64,000 nt of DNA from Thermodesulfobacteriota bacterium (GCA_034189135.1 JAXHVO010000026.1:64900-128899), one strand, 5' to 3'. Shown: positions 26,167 through 35,768, counted from the stretch's first letter. Numbers and translations are program-made. The notes: generated by a model from the sequence alone, not told the origin.

Positions 26167-26208
26167 TCTCAGTTCTCAGTTGTCAGTTCACAGTTCACAT
26201 TTCACAGT
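26167..26208. repeat. Tandem array, 6 x 7 bp (minus-strand consensus ACTGWGA) in the ilvN-ilvC spacer
   Basis: Plus-strand units read tctcagt tctcagt tgtcagt tcacagt tcacatt tcacagt. Confidence 0.85.
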
Positions 26209-26426
26209 TTTTTTAAAGAGTCAGGCAATGACTGAAGCATTTTTCATATCGATTTCAATGCTCGAATGAGCTGTTTTAAATCTAAGTCATCAAAACAGGA
26301 TTCCATAATTGGCTTACGTTTTTTGTCTTTTTCAACCGGGCATCGTATAACCGGCACCCGTAAACCAATACAAAATTCTTTGTGCCTTTTTGGCCCATGT
26401 GTTTTTAATCACTTTTCGTTCGGATA

Positions 26427-26915
26427 CTAACTGGGTTCACGAAACAGTGCCATGATTCCTGTTCTTGCGATTTTTTTAATTCCCATGGGCTTTAAAAGGT
26501 TCAATATTGCCTGCATTTTGCCTTCATCACCGGTCACCTCAATGGTGTAATGATTAAGTCCCACGTCGATGACCTTGCATCGGAAAATATCAACAATTCT
26601 TAATAATTCAGCGCGGTGTTCTGATTTGGCTCTAACACATATGAGAGCCATTTCACGTTTAACAGCATTGGGACCTGTAAGATCTCGTATTTTAATCACA
26701 TTCACCAGCTTGTTCAGCTGCTTTTCGATCTGCTCAATCACCGGCCGGTTTGCCTTGGTGACAATGGTAATGCGGGAAATATCGGGATCAGTGGTTTCGG
26801 CCACGCACAGGCTTTCGATATTAAACCCTTTTCCACTGAAAAGGCCAACAACCCTTGACAATACTCCCGGCTGGTTGTCCACCAGCATGGAAAATATGTG
26901 TTTTTCTTCTGTCAT
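26427..26915 (-). CDS. ilvN: Acetolactate synthase small (regulatory) subunit
   Basis: The ACT domain start is HIFSMLVDNQPGVLSRVVGLFSGKGFNIESL. 162 aa, immediately downstream of ilvB. Confidence 0.9.
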   Translation of the reverse strand: MTEEKHIFSMLVDNQPGVLSRVVGLFSGKGFNIESLCVAETTDPDISRITIVTKANRPVIEQIEKQLNKLVNVIKIRDLTGPNAVKREMALICVRAKSEHRAELLRIVDIFRCKVIDVGLNHYTIEVTGDEGKMQAILNLLKPMGIKKIARTGIMALFREPS

Positions 26916-26930
26916 TATATCCTTTTCCTC

Positions 26931-28616
26931 CTATACCAGCAGCATCTCTGTGATGGGAGCACCGGCCGGCACCATGGGGTACACGCTTTCTTCTTTTTCA
27001 ACCATAAAATCCATGATGACTGTTTCGGAAGAAGAGAGGCCTTTGGCAAGAATAGGTTCTACTTCGTCAGGTTGGGTTGCTCTCAATCCGAGGGCACCAT
27101 AAGCGTGTGCCAGCTTTACGAAGTCGGGTGTGTGCTCCATCCGTGTTGAGGCATATCTCTTTTCATAAAAAAGTTCTTGCCATTGTCTTACCATTCCGAG
27201 GTAGCCGTTATTTAATATAACGATTTTAATCGGCAGAGAGTATTGGACGGCAGTTGCCATTTCCTGAATGTTCATTTGAATGCTTCCATCACCTGCAATA
27301 TCCACCACCAGCTTATCCGGGCAGGCGATTTGTGCTCCGATTGCTGCGGGAAGTCCGAAACCCATACAGCCCAGACCCCCGGATGTGATGAAATGGCCGG
27401 GTTGATCAAAATGATAATACTGGGCTGCCCACATTTGGTTCTGTCCCACTTCGGTGGTTATGATGGCTTGGCCTTTGGTCAGTTTATATAGTTTTTCAAT
27501 GACGTATTGCGGTTTTATAATATCTTTCTGCTTATACGCCAGGGGTTTGGTGTTTTTCCATTGATTGATTCGTGCAAACCATTTTGTTCTTTGGTTACTG
27601 ATATTACTCAAATCAACATTATCAATGAGTTGATTGAGGTGACCAAGGCTTATTTTGCAGTCGCCGACAATCGGGATGAAGACCGGGATGTTTTTGCGTA
27701 TTGATGTGGGGTCGATATCAATATGCACTATTTTAGCTTGGGCGGCAAAAGCGTCCGTTTTTCCGGTCACCCGGTCATCAAACCTGACACCGATGGAAAT
27801 AAGAAGGTCACAGTCTCCCGTGCACATGTTCGCCCTGTAAGTCCCATGCATGCCGATCATGCCGAGCCATAAAGGATCAGTCGCAGGAAAGGCGCCCAGA
27901 CCCATAAGGGAAGTTGTGACAGGAATTTGAGTTTTCCGGGCAAATTCCGTGAGTTCATTGGAAGCTTTTGAAAGGATAACACCCCCTCCGGCAAAGATAA
28001 GCGGTCTTTTTGCTTTTTTTATAAGCGATACTGTTTTCTTAAGCTGCTTGATATTGGGGTCATATGTTGGATTATAGGATTTAAGATTTACTTGCGTTGT
28101 CCCATTATAATCTGTACGCTGATTGGTAAGATTTTTAGGGATATCAATCAGGACAGGTCCGGGACGGCCGGAACGGGCAATATAAAATGCTTCTTTAATG
28201 ATCTTGGAAAGATCCTCTGTTTTGCTGACTAAATAGCTATGCTTGGTACAGGGCCTGGTTATTCCCACAATGTCCACCTCTTGAAAAGCATCATTTCCAA
28301 TCAGATGGGTGGGGACCTGCCCGCTGATTACAACCATGGGGATGGAATCCATATAGGCGGATGCAATGCCGGTTACAGTATTTGTGGCACCGGGGCCGGA
28401 AGTCACCAGACAAACGCCTACTTTTCCACTGGCTCTGGCATATCCATCTGCGGCATGTACAGCGCCCTGCTCATGGCGGACCAATATATGGCGTATATCC
28501 GTCCTTTCAAGTTCATTGTATATGTCTATAACCGCACCACCGGGGAAACCGAAGATTCTGTCAACCCCTTCTTCTTTTAATACTTCCATCATAATCTGTG
28601 CGCCGGTTAATTTCAT
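26931..28616 (-). CDS. ilvB: Acetolactate synthase large subunit (biosynthetic type)
   Basis: MKLTGAQIMMEVLKEEGVDRIFGFPGGAV...GGLGCMGFGLPAAIGA...GDGSIQMNIQE (ThDP motif). ATG 28616 chosen (AAAGGA RBS); the track ORF starts at 28643. Confidence 0.9.
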   Translation of the reverse strand: MKLTGAQIMMEVLKEEGVDRIFGFPGGAVIDIYNELERTDIRHILVRHEQGAVHAADGYARASGKVGVCLVTSGPGATNTVTGIASAYMDSIPMVVISGQVPTHLIGNDAFQEVDIVGITRPCTKHSYLVSKTEDLSKIIKEAFYIARSGRPGPVLIDIPKNLTNQRTDYNGTTQVNLKSYNPTYDPNIKQLKKTVSLIKKAKRPLIFAGGGVILSKASNELTEFARKTQIPVTTSLMGLGAFPATDPLWLGMIGMHGTYRANMCTGDCDLLISIGVRFDDRVTGKTDAFAAQAKIVHIDIDPTSIRKNIPVFIPIVGDCKISLGHLNQLIDNVDLSNISNQRTKWFARINQWKNTKPLAYKQKDIIKPQYVIEKLYKLTKGQAIITTEVGQNQMWAAQYYHFDQPGHFITSGGLGCMGFGLPAAIGAQIACPDKLVVDIAGDGSIQMNIQEMATAVQYSLPIKIVILNNGYLGMVRQWQELFYEKRYASTRMEHTPDFVKLAHAYGALGLRATQPDEVEPILAKGLSSSETVIMDFMVEKEESVYPMVPAGAPITEMLLV

Positions 28617-28713
28617 AGCATAGTCCTTTTTTACTTTTACCACGGATTTTCACGGAATCACCACAGAGACTAATAATCAATCTTCAAGCCGTGAACGACT
28701 GCTTTTATTAAGC

Positions 28714-28753
28714 AAAAAAAAACCGTTATCAGTATTGGGCTGATAACGGTTTT
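28714..28753 (-). terminator. Attenuator terminator upstream of ilvB
   Basis: On the minus strand AAAACCGTTATCAG, a 7-nt loop and CTGATAACGGTTTT are followed by further T residues (a 9-nt A-run on the plus strand, 28714-28722). Confidence 0.75.
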
Positions 28754-28785
28754 GAATTTTTTATATATTATAAATTAAGTCATTA

Positions 28786-28875
28786 TCAACCCGGATGCTC
28801 GTAGTAGACTAGTATATCTACTACGAGTAGAATAATGATGTTAATTAGGTTGTTAATGACTTTAGTTGTTTTCAT
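28786..28875 (-). CDS. Putative ilv operon leader peptide (29 aa, 14 Ile/Leu/Val)
   Basis: Hand translation gives MKTTKVINNLINIIILLVVDILVYYEHPG then stop. It sits between a TTGACA/TAATTG promoter and the terminator, upstream of ilvB. Confidence 0.6.
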   Translation of the reverse strand: MKTTKVINNLINIIILLVVDILVYYEHPG

Positions 28876-28905
28876 GGTATGTTGCAAATTCCTGTTGTAT
28901 TTTCC

Positions 28906-28934
28906 CAATTAACAGCCTGAAAATATGTTGTCAA
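28906..28934 (-). promoter_or_regulatory. Sigma70-like promoter of the ilv leader
   Basis: On the minus strand TTGACA (28934-28929), a 17-nt spacer and TAATTG (28911-28906), about 30 nt before the leader ATG. Confidence 0.5.
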
Positions 28935-28940
28935 GCTTTT

Positions 28941-31211
28941 TTATTTCGTTTCTTGGTAGCCACACCCTTTTTTAATGCATGAATGAACAGTTCCATGTTT
29001 CTTAGTTGTTTTTTCCAGTAGAAACGGTGCACCGCAGTCCGGGCATTTTTTATCTATGGGTTTATCCCATGTAGCGAATGTACATTTAGGAAAGTGACTG
29101 CAGCCGTAAAAGATTTTTCCTCTTTTGGATTTTCTTTCCACCAGATCGCCGGTGCAGTCCTTTTCGGGGCATTTAAGGCCAATCTTTTTACCGTTTCCGG
29201 CTGAATTGATGGATTCGGTATGTTTGCACTCCGGATACCCGCTGCATGCAAGAAATTTTCCATAGCGTCCGGTTTTCAACACCATGGGTTTGCCGCATTT
29301 TTTACATACCTTTTCAGATAGTTGTTCCTTGGAAGGTTCCACCGGTTTTATCTTACCTTTCTCATCACGGATGTAATCCCTCGAATAGGTGCACTCCGGA
29401 TACCCGCTGCATGCAAGAAAATGTCCGTTTTTCCCGACTTTGATATTAAGTTCATTGCTGCATTGAGGACACCTCAGGCCTGTCGGAAGGCCAACGCCTT
29501 TCATGCTGAGCATGGCCTTTGAAGCTTTATCCAGTTTCTTTTTAAACGGGTCGTAAAAGCGGGTAAGAATGTCGAGGGAATTAATTTCAGCAGATTCCAC
29601 CCGATCCAAATCTTCTTCCATCCTGGCAGTGAATTCCACATCGAATACTTCCGGAAAGTTTTCTACCAGAAGGTCATTTACGATAAAACCGAGTTCGTTG
29701 GGTATGAAGTGTCCTTTTATGAGTTCGACATATCCTTTCCCTCTAATTGTTGACAGAATTGCCGTATAAGTACTTGGACGGCCTATTCCGTTTTCTTCAA
29801 GCTCTTTTACTAAAGAGGCTTCGGAAAACCTGGGGGGCGGCAGGGTAAAGTGTTGTTTGGGTTCTAACTGCAAAAGCTTTAATACCATACCCGGTGAAAG
29901 TTCAGGAAGCTGTTTGCTTTTCTTCTCACTTTCAATTTCTTCATCCACCGACATGTAAAGGGCCATAAAGCCTGGAAATTTAACGGAAGATCCGTTGGCG
30001 GAAAATAAATACTCACCGGACACAATTGAAACCGAAACCTGATTAATAATAGCAGGTTGCATCTGAGAGGCAACGAATCTCTGCCATATCAGACGATATA
30101 ACGCGAGCTGCTCTGTTGAAATGTGGGACGCCACTTTTTCAGGGGTGTTAAAAACGGATGTGGGCCGAATCGCCTCATGTGCATCCTGAACTTTTTTTCT
30201 ATTTTTGAAAAATCTTGGCTTATCAGGGGCATATTCTTTCCCAAAACGCCGACTTATCAGCTCAAGTGCTTCCGTGGCGGATTCTTTTGATATCCGGGTG
30301 GAATCGGTTCGCATATAAGTGATCAGTCCGACAGGTTCACCGGAACCAAGGGTGACCCCTTCATACAACTGCTGGGCGATAATCATGGTTTTTCTTGCAG
30401 AAAATCTGAGTTTCCGTATGGCTTCCTGCTGAAGTTTGCTGGTGATGAAAGGGGGCAGAGGGTTTCTTTTTCTGGTTTTTTTTAGCACCTTTTGTATGAC
30501 AAAATCTTTTCCGGACAGCTCATCTACGATAGCAGAGGATTTCCTTTCGTCCGGGATTTTAATTTTCTTTCCTTTTTGTTTAACCAGTTTTGCGGTGAAA
30601 GGGGGAGGAGAGTCACCTTCAAGATGAGCGGTAATCGACCAGTATTCTTCAGATTCAAAGGCCCAGATTGCGCGTTCTCTTTCACAGATGATTCGCAGCG
30701 CAACGGATTGAACCCTTCCTGCGCTGAGGCCACCTTTTACTTTGCGCCACAGCAGGGGAGACGTCTGGTATCCAACGAGCCGGTCGAGTATTCGTCGCGC
30801 CTGCTGGGCTTCATACTTATTTTTATGAAGTTCCTGAGGTGAGGAGATTGCTTCTATTATGGCGTTTTTGGTAAGTTCATGAAAAAGGACCCGGTAAAAC
30901 TTTCTCCCCTTTTTTTTCAAAACCTCAGCGGCATGCCATGCAATGGCTTCTCCTTCCCTGTCCGGATCAGGTGCCAGATAGATGTTTGTTGCACTGCCTG
31001 CCGCCTGTTTGAGTGCTCGTATAACCTTTTGCTTTCCAGGAATATTGATGTATTTTGGTTTGAAGCCATTTTCAACATCGATACCCATTTCCTTTGCGGG
31101 AAGGTCCTTTATATGGCCAACAGTAGCGGCCACATTGTACTTATTGTCGAGGTACTGTTTTATGGTTCGAATTTTAGTGGGTGATTCAACAATGATTAAA
31201 GGCTTGCTCAC
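28941..31211 (-). CDS. topA: DNA topoisomerase I with C-terminal zinc-ribbon repeats
   Basis: The Toprim start is LIIVESPTKIRTI. It is followed by YITYMRTDS-like ITYMRTDSTR (active-site Tyr region) and four CxxC...CxxC zinc ribbons. GTG start with GAGGAA RBS. Confidence 0.95.
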   Translation of the reverse strand: MSKPLIIVESPTKIRTIKQYLDNKYNVAATVGHIKDLPAKEMGIDVENGFKPKYINIPGKQKVIRALKQAAGSATNIYLAPDPDREGEAIAWHAAEVLKKKGRKFYRVLFHELTKNAIIEAISSPQELHKNKYEAQQARRILDRLVGYQTSPLLWRKVKGGLSAGRVQSVALRIICERERAIWAFESEEYWSITAHLEGDSPPPFTAKLVKQKGKKIKIPDERKSSAIVDELSGKDFVIQKVLKKTRKRNPLPPFITSKLQQEAIRKLRFSARKTMIIAQQLYEGVTLGSGEPVGLITYMRTDSTRISKESATEALELISRRFGKEYAPDKPRFFKNRKKVQDAHEAIRPTSVFNTPEKVASHISTEQLALYRLIWQRFVASQMQPAIINQVSVSIVSGEYLFSANGSSVKFPGFMALYMSVDEEIESEKKSKQLPELSPGMVLKLLQLEPKQHFTLPPPRFSEASLVKELEENGIGRPSTYTAILSTIRGKGYVELIKGHFIPNELGFIVNDLLVENFPEVFDVEFTARMEEDLDRVESAEINSLDILTRFYDPFKKKLDKASKAMLSMKGVGLPTGLRCPQCSNELNIKVGKNGHFLACSGYPECTYSRDYIRDEKGKIKPVEPSKEQLSEKVCKKCGKPMVLKTGRYGKFLACSGYPECKHTESINSAGNGKKIGLKCPEKDCTGDLVERKSKRGKIFYGCSHFPKCTFATWDKPIDKKCPDCGAPFLLEKTTKKHGTVHSCIKKGCGYQETK

Positions 31212-31330
31212 TTTTGTTCCTCATAACAGTTAATTTTTTACCACGGATTATCAACAAAATTTTACAGATTTTAAAAGGAGAAAAAATCAGTGATTTTCCC
31301 TGCAACTTCGTGGCGGATTTTTTTTTAATA

Positions 31331-32440
31331 CTATTTTTCCAATTTGGTAAAATATTTTCCAGGGGATTGCTGGATAATCCCCTTTAATTCAAGTCTTAAA
31401 AGTACACTGGAAATTTTTCCAGGCTCCAAAGGAACCTTTCGTATGAGATCATCTATATGGGTTGGGTATGGCCCCAGTGAATCAAAAACAATCGATTCAT
31501 CCGTTGAAAGCGGATCAACCGTTTTGGGTGGCTTATTTTTAACTGCGTTGGTTTCACCGGTGTAAGCCGTTATTACCGGGGAAAGCTCTTCAATAATATC
31601 CTGGGCGTGTTCAACAAGCTTGGCCCCCTGTTTAATAAGGGTATGTGTTCCGGTACTTTTAAACGACCGGATACTGCCCGGTACGGCAAAAACTTCTCTG
31701 TTTTGTTCTGCCGCCAGGCGCGCGGTTATGAGTGAACCACTTTTTTTAGTGGCTTCAACGATCACCGTTCCCAGACAAATACCGCTGATGACCCTGTTTC
31801 GTAGAGGAAAGTTATGTGCCTCCGGTTCAGTGTTAAGGGGAAATTCGGTAATAACCGCTCCGTTTTCTGCGATTTTATGAAAAAGTTTCAAATTTTGTGC
31901 CGGATAGACTTTGTCAAGCCCGCTTCCGAGAACCGCAATGGTCTTACCTTTGCCTGTCAGTGCGCCCTCGTGGGCAGCGGTATCAATACCGATTGCCATT
32001 CCGCTGACCACGGTGATTTGGCGGGAAGCCAAGTCGGCACAAAGACGGACTGTAGCGGAAACGCCATAGTCAGTTGCATTTCGTGATCCTACCACAGCCA
32101 CACACCCGGTTGAAGTGTCCAGTGAACCATAAACATATAAAAAAGGCGGAGGATCAGGGATTTGAAGCAACAGCGGAGGATACTCGGAGTCAGACATGGT
32201 TATAATCCGGTAGCCTCTTTGGATGGTATCATCAAGTTCCTTTCTGATCCGGTCAGGGGGTTTATGTTTTTTGATGGCAGAGGCAAGACGCCGGGTCATG
32301 CCGTCAACCTGCAGAAGTTCATCATAGGATGACTGCAACACATTGGCAGGTGAACTGAAATGGTCAAAAAGCCTCTTAAAAGTATGGTTTCCGATTCCAG
32401 GAACACTTTTAAGGAAAAACCATGGCAAAATTTTTTCCAT
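31331..32440 (-). CDS. dprA: DNA-processing protein DprA (Smf)
   Basis: VAVVGSRNATDYG...VVSGMAIGIDTAAHEGAL...FPLRNRVISG are typical DprA Rossmann-like core motifs. Confidence 0.9.
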   Translation of the reverse strand: MEKILPWFFLKSVPGIGNHTFKRLFDHFSSPANVLQSSYDELLQVDGMTRRLASAIKKHKPPDRIRKELDDTIQRGYRIITMSDSEYPPLLLQIPDPPPFLYVYGSLDTSTGCVAVVGSRNATDYGVSATVRLCADLASRQITVVSGMAIGIDTAAHEGALTGKGKTIAVLGSGLDKVYPAQNLKLFHKIAENGAVITEFPLNTEPEAHNFPLRNRVISGICLGTVIVEATKKSGSLITARLAAEQNREVFAVPGSIRSFKSTGTHTLIKQGAKLVEHAQDIIEELSPVITAYTGETNAVKNKPPKTVDPLSTDESIVFDSLGPYPTHIDDLIRKVPLEPGKISSVLLRLELKGIIQQSPGKYFTKLEK

Positions 32441-32580
32441 AAAAAGTTGACGACCTTTGAATAAATCATTTGGTAATTTAGTAGCTCATGTATTGGTTCC
32501 TAGCTCAAAGCGGATAGCTCATAGTAACATAATTGAATCTTTCATGTTATGAGCTATGAGCCTTTTTGTTTCTGCCTTGT

Positions 32581-33621
32581 TTACTTTTTCTTTCCGCGCC
32601 CCTGCCAGGCGAGCAAAATTGGACTTGCCACATATATGGAGGAATACGTTCCCACCAGAACACCGATAATCATCGCAAATGCAAAGTCATGAATAATTCC
32701 TCCACCCAGAACAAACAGGGTAATAAGCACAATAAGGGTGGTTAAAGAGGTAAGCAGTGTGCGTGAGAGGGTTTCGTTTATACTTCTGTTCAATATGAAT
32801 GCAAGAGATTTTTTGTGGTGTTTTTTCAGGTTTTCGCGAATCCGATCAAAAACGATGATGGTATCGTTTAATGAATATCCGATAATAGTAAGGAGTGCCG
32901 CGATAATGGGCAGGGTGAACTCTTTGTCAAAGATGGAAAACAGACCCACGGTGATAGTCACGTCATGAATGAGTGCCACGATGGCACCCATGGCATATTT
33001 AAGCTCAAGAAACCAGAAAAGAATAAGGGTGACAACCAGGGCTGTGGTAATCAGAAAAGGGATACTCACGTTAAAAAGATTAAAAAAGTAAATGGCGCCA
33101 ATAAGTGCTGCTGCCATCACTCCACTTAACATCCATTTTAATTCAAAACGGCCGGAGATATATATGGTTATAAATAAAAGGGCATAGAACATCGCAAATA
33201 ACGCCTTTTCCCTGAGATCCTTGCCGACCTGAGGGCCAACCATTTCAACCCGGCGGATTTCAACTTTGGCACCAGTGGATGATTTGAGAGCCTGCTCCAC
33301 TTTCTGGGAAAAACCTTCGGAAGTCATCACCGCCACATCGGTACGGATAAGGAATTCATTTTCTTTCTTTTCACCAAACATCTGTACCGATGATTTTCCC
33401 AGTCCAATGGCATGGAGTCCGGATTTAATATCGTCCAGTATGACAGAATCAAAAAACTTTACCTGTACAAGTGTCCCACCGGCAAAATCCACTCCGTATT
33501 TAGGGCCTTTGTGTATGGTGAGGGAGGAGATGCTTACTATGATCATGGCAACCGATATTAAGAAAGCGATTTTTCGTTTACCGGTAAAATTGATGTTAAT
33601 GTCAGGTTTTAAAAATTGCAT
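32581..33621 (-). CDS. secF: Protein translocase subunit SecF
   Basis: GVDFAGGTLVQV, six TM helices and IIGYSLNDTIIVFDRIRE. Directly downstream of secD. Confidence 0.9.
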   Translation of the reverse strand: MQFLKPDININFTGKRKIAFLISVAMIIVSISSLTIHKGPKYGVDFAGGTLVQVKFFDSVILDDIKSGLHAIGLGKSSVQMFGEKKENEFLIRTDVAVMTSEGFSQKVEQALKSSTGAKVEIRRVEMVGPQVGKDLREKALFAMFYALLFITIYISGRFELKWMLSGVMAAALIGAIYFFNLFNVSIPFLITTALVVTLILFWFLELKYAMGAIVALIHDVTITVGLFSIFDKEFTLPIIAALLTIIGYSLNDTIIVFDRIRENLKKHHKKSLAFILNRSINETLSRTLLTSLTTLIVLITLFVLGGGIIHDFAFAMIIGVLVGTYSSIYVASPILLAWQGRGKKK

Positions 33622-33651
33622 TCATGTGACCTCTTGGTTTAATATGTTTTA

Positions 33652-35229
33652 TCATATGCTTATATGCTTAATCTTACGCTTCATCAAAATGTAATCAAAT
33701 ATCATCCGGGTCATGATAAGGGCGGTAAAAAGGCTTGCCAGTACGCCAAGGCTTAAAGTAACGGCAAAACCCTTGACAGGACCTGTTCCAAACTGAAAAA
33801 GAACAAGCGCCGCAATAAGGGTGGTGACGTTGGCATCAAGGATGGTAAGAGTTGCCCTGTCGTAGCCGGCATCCACAGCGGCCCTGGGGGTTCTTCCAAT
33901 ATTTATTTCTTCCCGGATACGTTCAAATATTAAAACATTGGCATCAACCGCCATTCCTATGGTAAGGATGATACCTGCAATTCCGGGAAGTGTCAGGGTG
34001 GCCTGGAAGCCTGCCAGACCTGCTGCAATCAGAATGATATTAAACACCAGAGCGAGATCGGCGATTATGCCGGAAAATCTATAATAAACAACCATAAAAA
34101 GAACCACCAGGATGCCGCCGATGCACATGGATATAAGTCCTTTTCTAATTGAGTCAGCGCCAAGGGAAGGCCCGACGGTCCTTTCTTCAAGAATTTTTAC
34201 CGGTGCCGGCAAAGCACCTGCCCTGAGTGCTATGGCAAGATCGTTGGCTTCTTCAGTGGTGAAACTGCCGGTAATTCGGGCCTGGCCGCCGGATATTTTT
34301 TCCTGAATGACCGGTGCCGAATAAACCTTGTTGTCCAGGACGATGGCGAGTCGCTTTTTAACATTTTCCCCGGTTATCTTGGCAAAAGTTCGCCCACCTT
34401 TTTTATCAAAAGATATGGAGACATAAGGTTCATTATACTGTGAATCAATCTGAACCCTTGCATCGGTGAGATTTGCTCCGGTTAGCAGGGTTCTCTTTTT
34501 TACCAGAAAGGGTGTTTTTACCGAACGATTGGTTTCGGAATTCTGGGTAATCTGATACAGAATCTCACTCCCGCGAGGGACGGAACCTTTAAGTGCAGAG
34601 TCAATATCGTTGATTTCATCCAACAGCTTGAATTCAAGAAGCGCTGTTTTTCCGATAAGGTCCTTTGCCCTTTGTGTATCCTTTATGCCCGGCAGTTGAA
34701 TGAGAATCCGTTTTTCACCCTGGAGCCGTATGTCTGGTTCACTGACACCAAACTGGTCGATACGGTTTCTGATCGTTTCAAGGGCCTGCCGGGTAGCCAT
34801 TTCTTTGATATGATCCGTTTCTTTTTCCGGAAGATCCAGGGTAAGGGAAAACTCTCCGTCTTTGGTTGATTTTGAGACGATGCGAAGACCTCTGAATTCT
34901 TTGTCCAAAAACGTCTCAAATTTCTTAATGCTTCCTTCATCCTTGATAGTGACCAGTATTTTTGCATCCTGAATTCGTTCTATGTGTATTCGTCTGATGC
35001 GTTCTTTTTTGCAAAGACTGCGAATTTCCTGACTAATTCGTTCAATATTACTTTCCACGGCCTTTTGAGTGTCCACTTCAAGGACAAGATGCATCCCCCC
35101 TTGAAGGTCAAGGCCCAAATTAATTTGTTTATGCGGCCATAAAGTCGGTTTTATGGTCGGAACAAGATAGATCACAGCGGTAACAATCACAATAAGAACA
35201 AATACCGGTTTCCAAGAAATATTCTTCAA
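33652..35229 (-). CDS. secD: Protein translocase subunit SecD
   Basis: LGLDLQGGMHLVLEVD...LGADSIRKG...GMAVDANVLIFERIREE. 525 aa. Confidence 0.9.
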   Translation of the reverse strand: MKNISWKPVFVLIVIVTAVIYLVPTIKPTLWPHKQINLGLDLQGGMHLVLEVDTQKAVESNIERISQEIRSLCKKERIRRIHIERIQDAKILVTIKDEGSIKKFETFLDKEFRGLRIVSKSTKDGEFSLTLDLPEKETDHIKEMATRQALETIRNRIDQFGVSEPDIRLQGEKRILIQLPGIKDTQRAKDLIGKTALLEFKLLDEINDIDSALKGSVPRGSEILYQITQNSETNRSVKTPFLVKKRTLLTGANLTDARVQIDSQYNEPYVSISFDKKGGRTFAKITGENVKKRLAIVLDNKVYSAPVIQEKISGGQARITGSFTTEEANDLAIALRAGALPAPVKILEERTVGPSLGADSIRKGLISMCIGGILVVLFMVVYYRFSGIIADLALVFNIILIAAGLAGFQATLTLPGIAGIILTIGMAVDANVLIFERIREEINIGRTPRAAVDAGYDRATLTILDANVTTLIAALVLFQFGTGPVKGFAVTLSLGVLASLFTALIMTRMIFDYILMKRKIKHISI

Positions 35230-35325
35230 TGGTTTTTTCCCTTAAATATTTATCTAATCATAATGATGGTTGTAATAAAAACCACCTGTTACGAAAGGTT
35301 GATTCAGGTTTTAACAAGTCTGAAA

Positions 35326-35694
35326 TTATTTTGATTTTTTTGAATCAGGTTTGGATTTTTTTTCAGGCGGGGGTTGAGATGCCGTTTCTATTCTTGCTCC
35401 GACATTACCCCTGGCGACTTTAACCCGAACCCGGTCGGATATTTCAACCGTTAATGTTGTTTCGTCAAGACCTGTGATACGTCCATGAATACCGCCGCTG
35501 GTAATGATACGGTCTCCTTTTTTAAGAGCGGATATCATTTCGCGGTGTTGTTTTGTCTTTTTCTGTTGAGGCCGAATAAGCAGGAAATAAAAAATAACAA
35601 ACATCAGGATAAGTGGGATAAACCCTGAAAATCCGCCTGCTCCTTGTCCGGCAGCTTCTCCTCCCTGGCCCATTGCGTATGCGATGCTAATCAA
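35326..35694 (-). CDS. yajC: Preprotein translocase subunit YajC
   Basis: FYFLLIRPQQKKTKQHREMISALKKGDRIITSGGIHGRI. TTG start 6 nt after AAGGAGG. Confidence 0.85.
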   Translation of the reverse strand: MISIAYAMGQGGEAAGQGAGGFSGFIPLILMFVIFYFLLIRPQQKKTKQHREMISALKKGDRIITSGGIHGRITGLDETTLTVEISDRVRVKVARGNVGARIETASQPPPEKKSKPDSKKSK

Positions 35695-35768
35695 GATAAA
35701 CCTCCTTTAATTATTGATAAATGAATAAAGTTGCGCTGATATACTTTAAAAATCAAAATAGGTCAAAC

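Noticed and set aside
26282-26398. A 38-codon minus-strand ORF in the ilvN-ilvC spacer (MGQKGTKNFVLVYGCRLYDARLKKTKNVSQLWNPVLMT).
   Set aside because: It has no Shine-Dalgarno and no recognisable features. The composition looks like random translation of AT-rich spacer.
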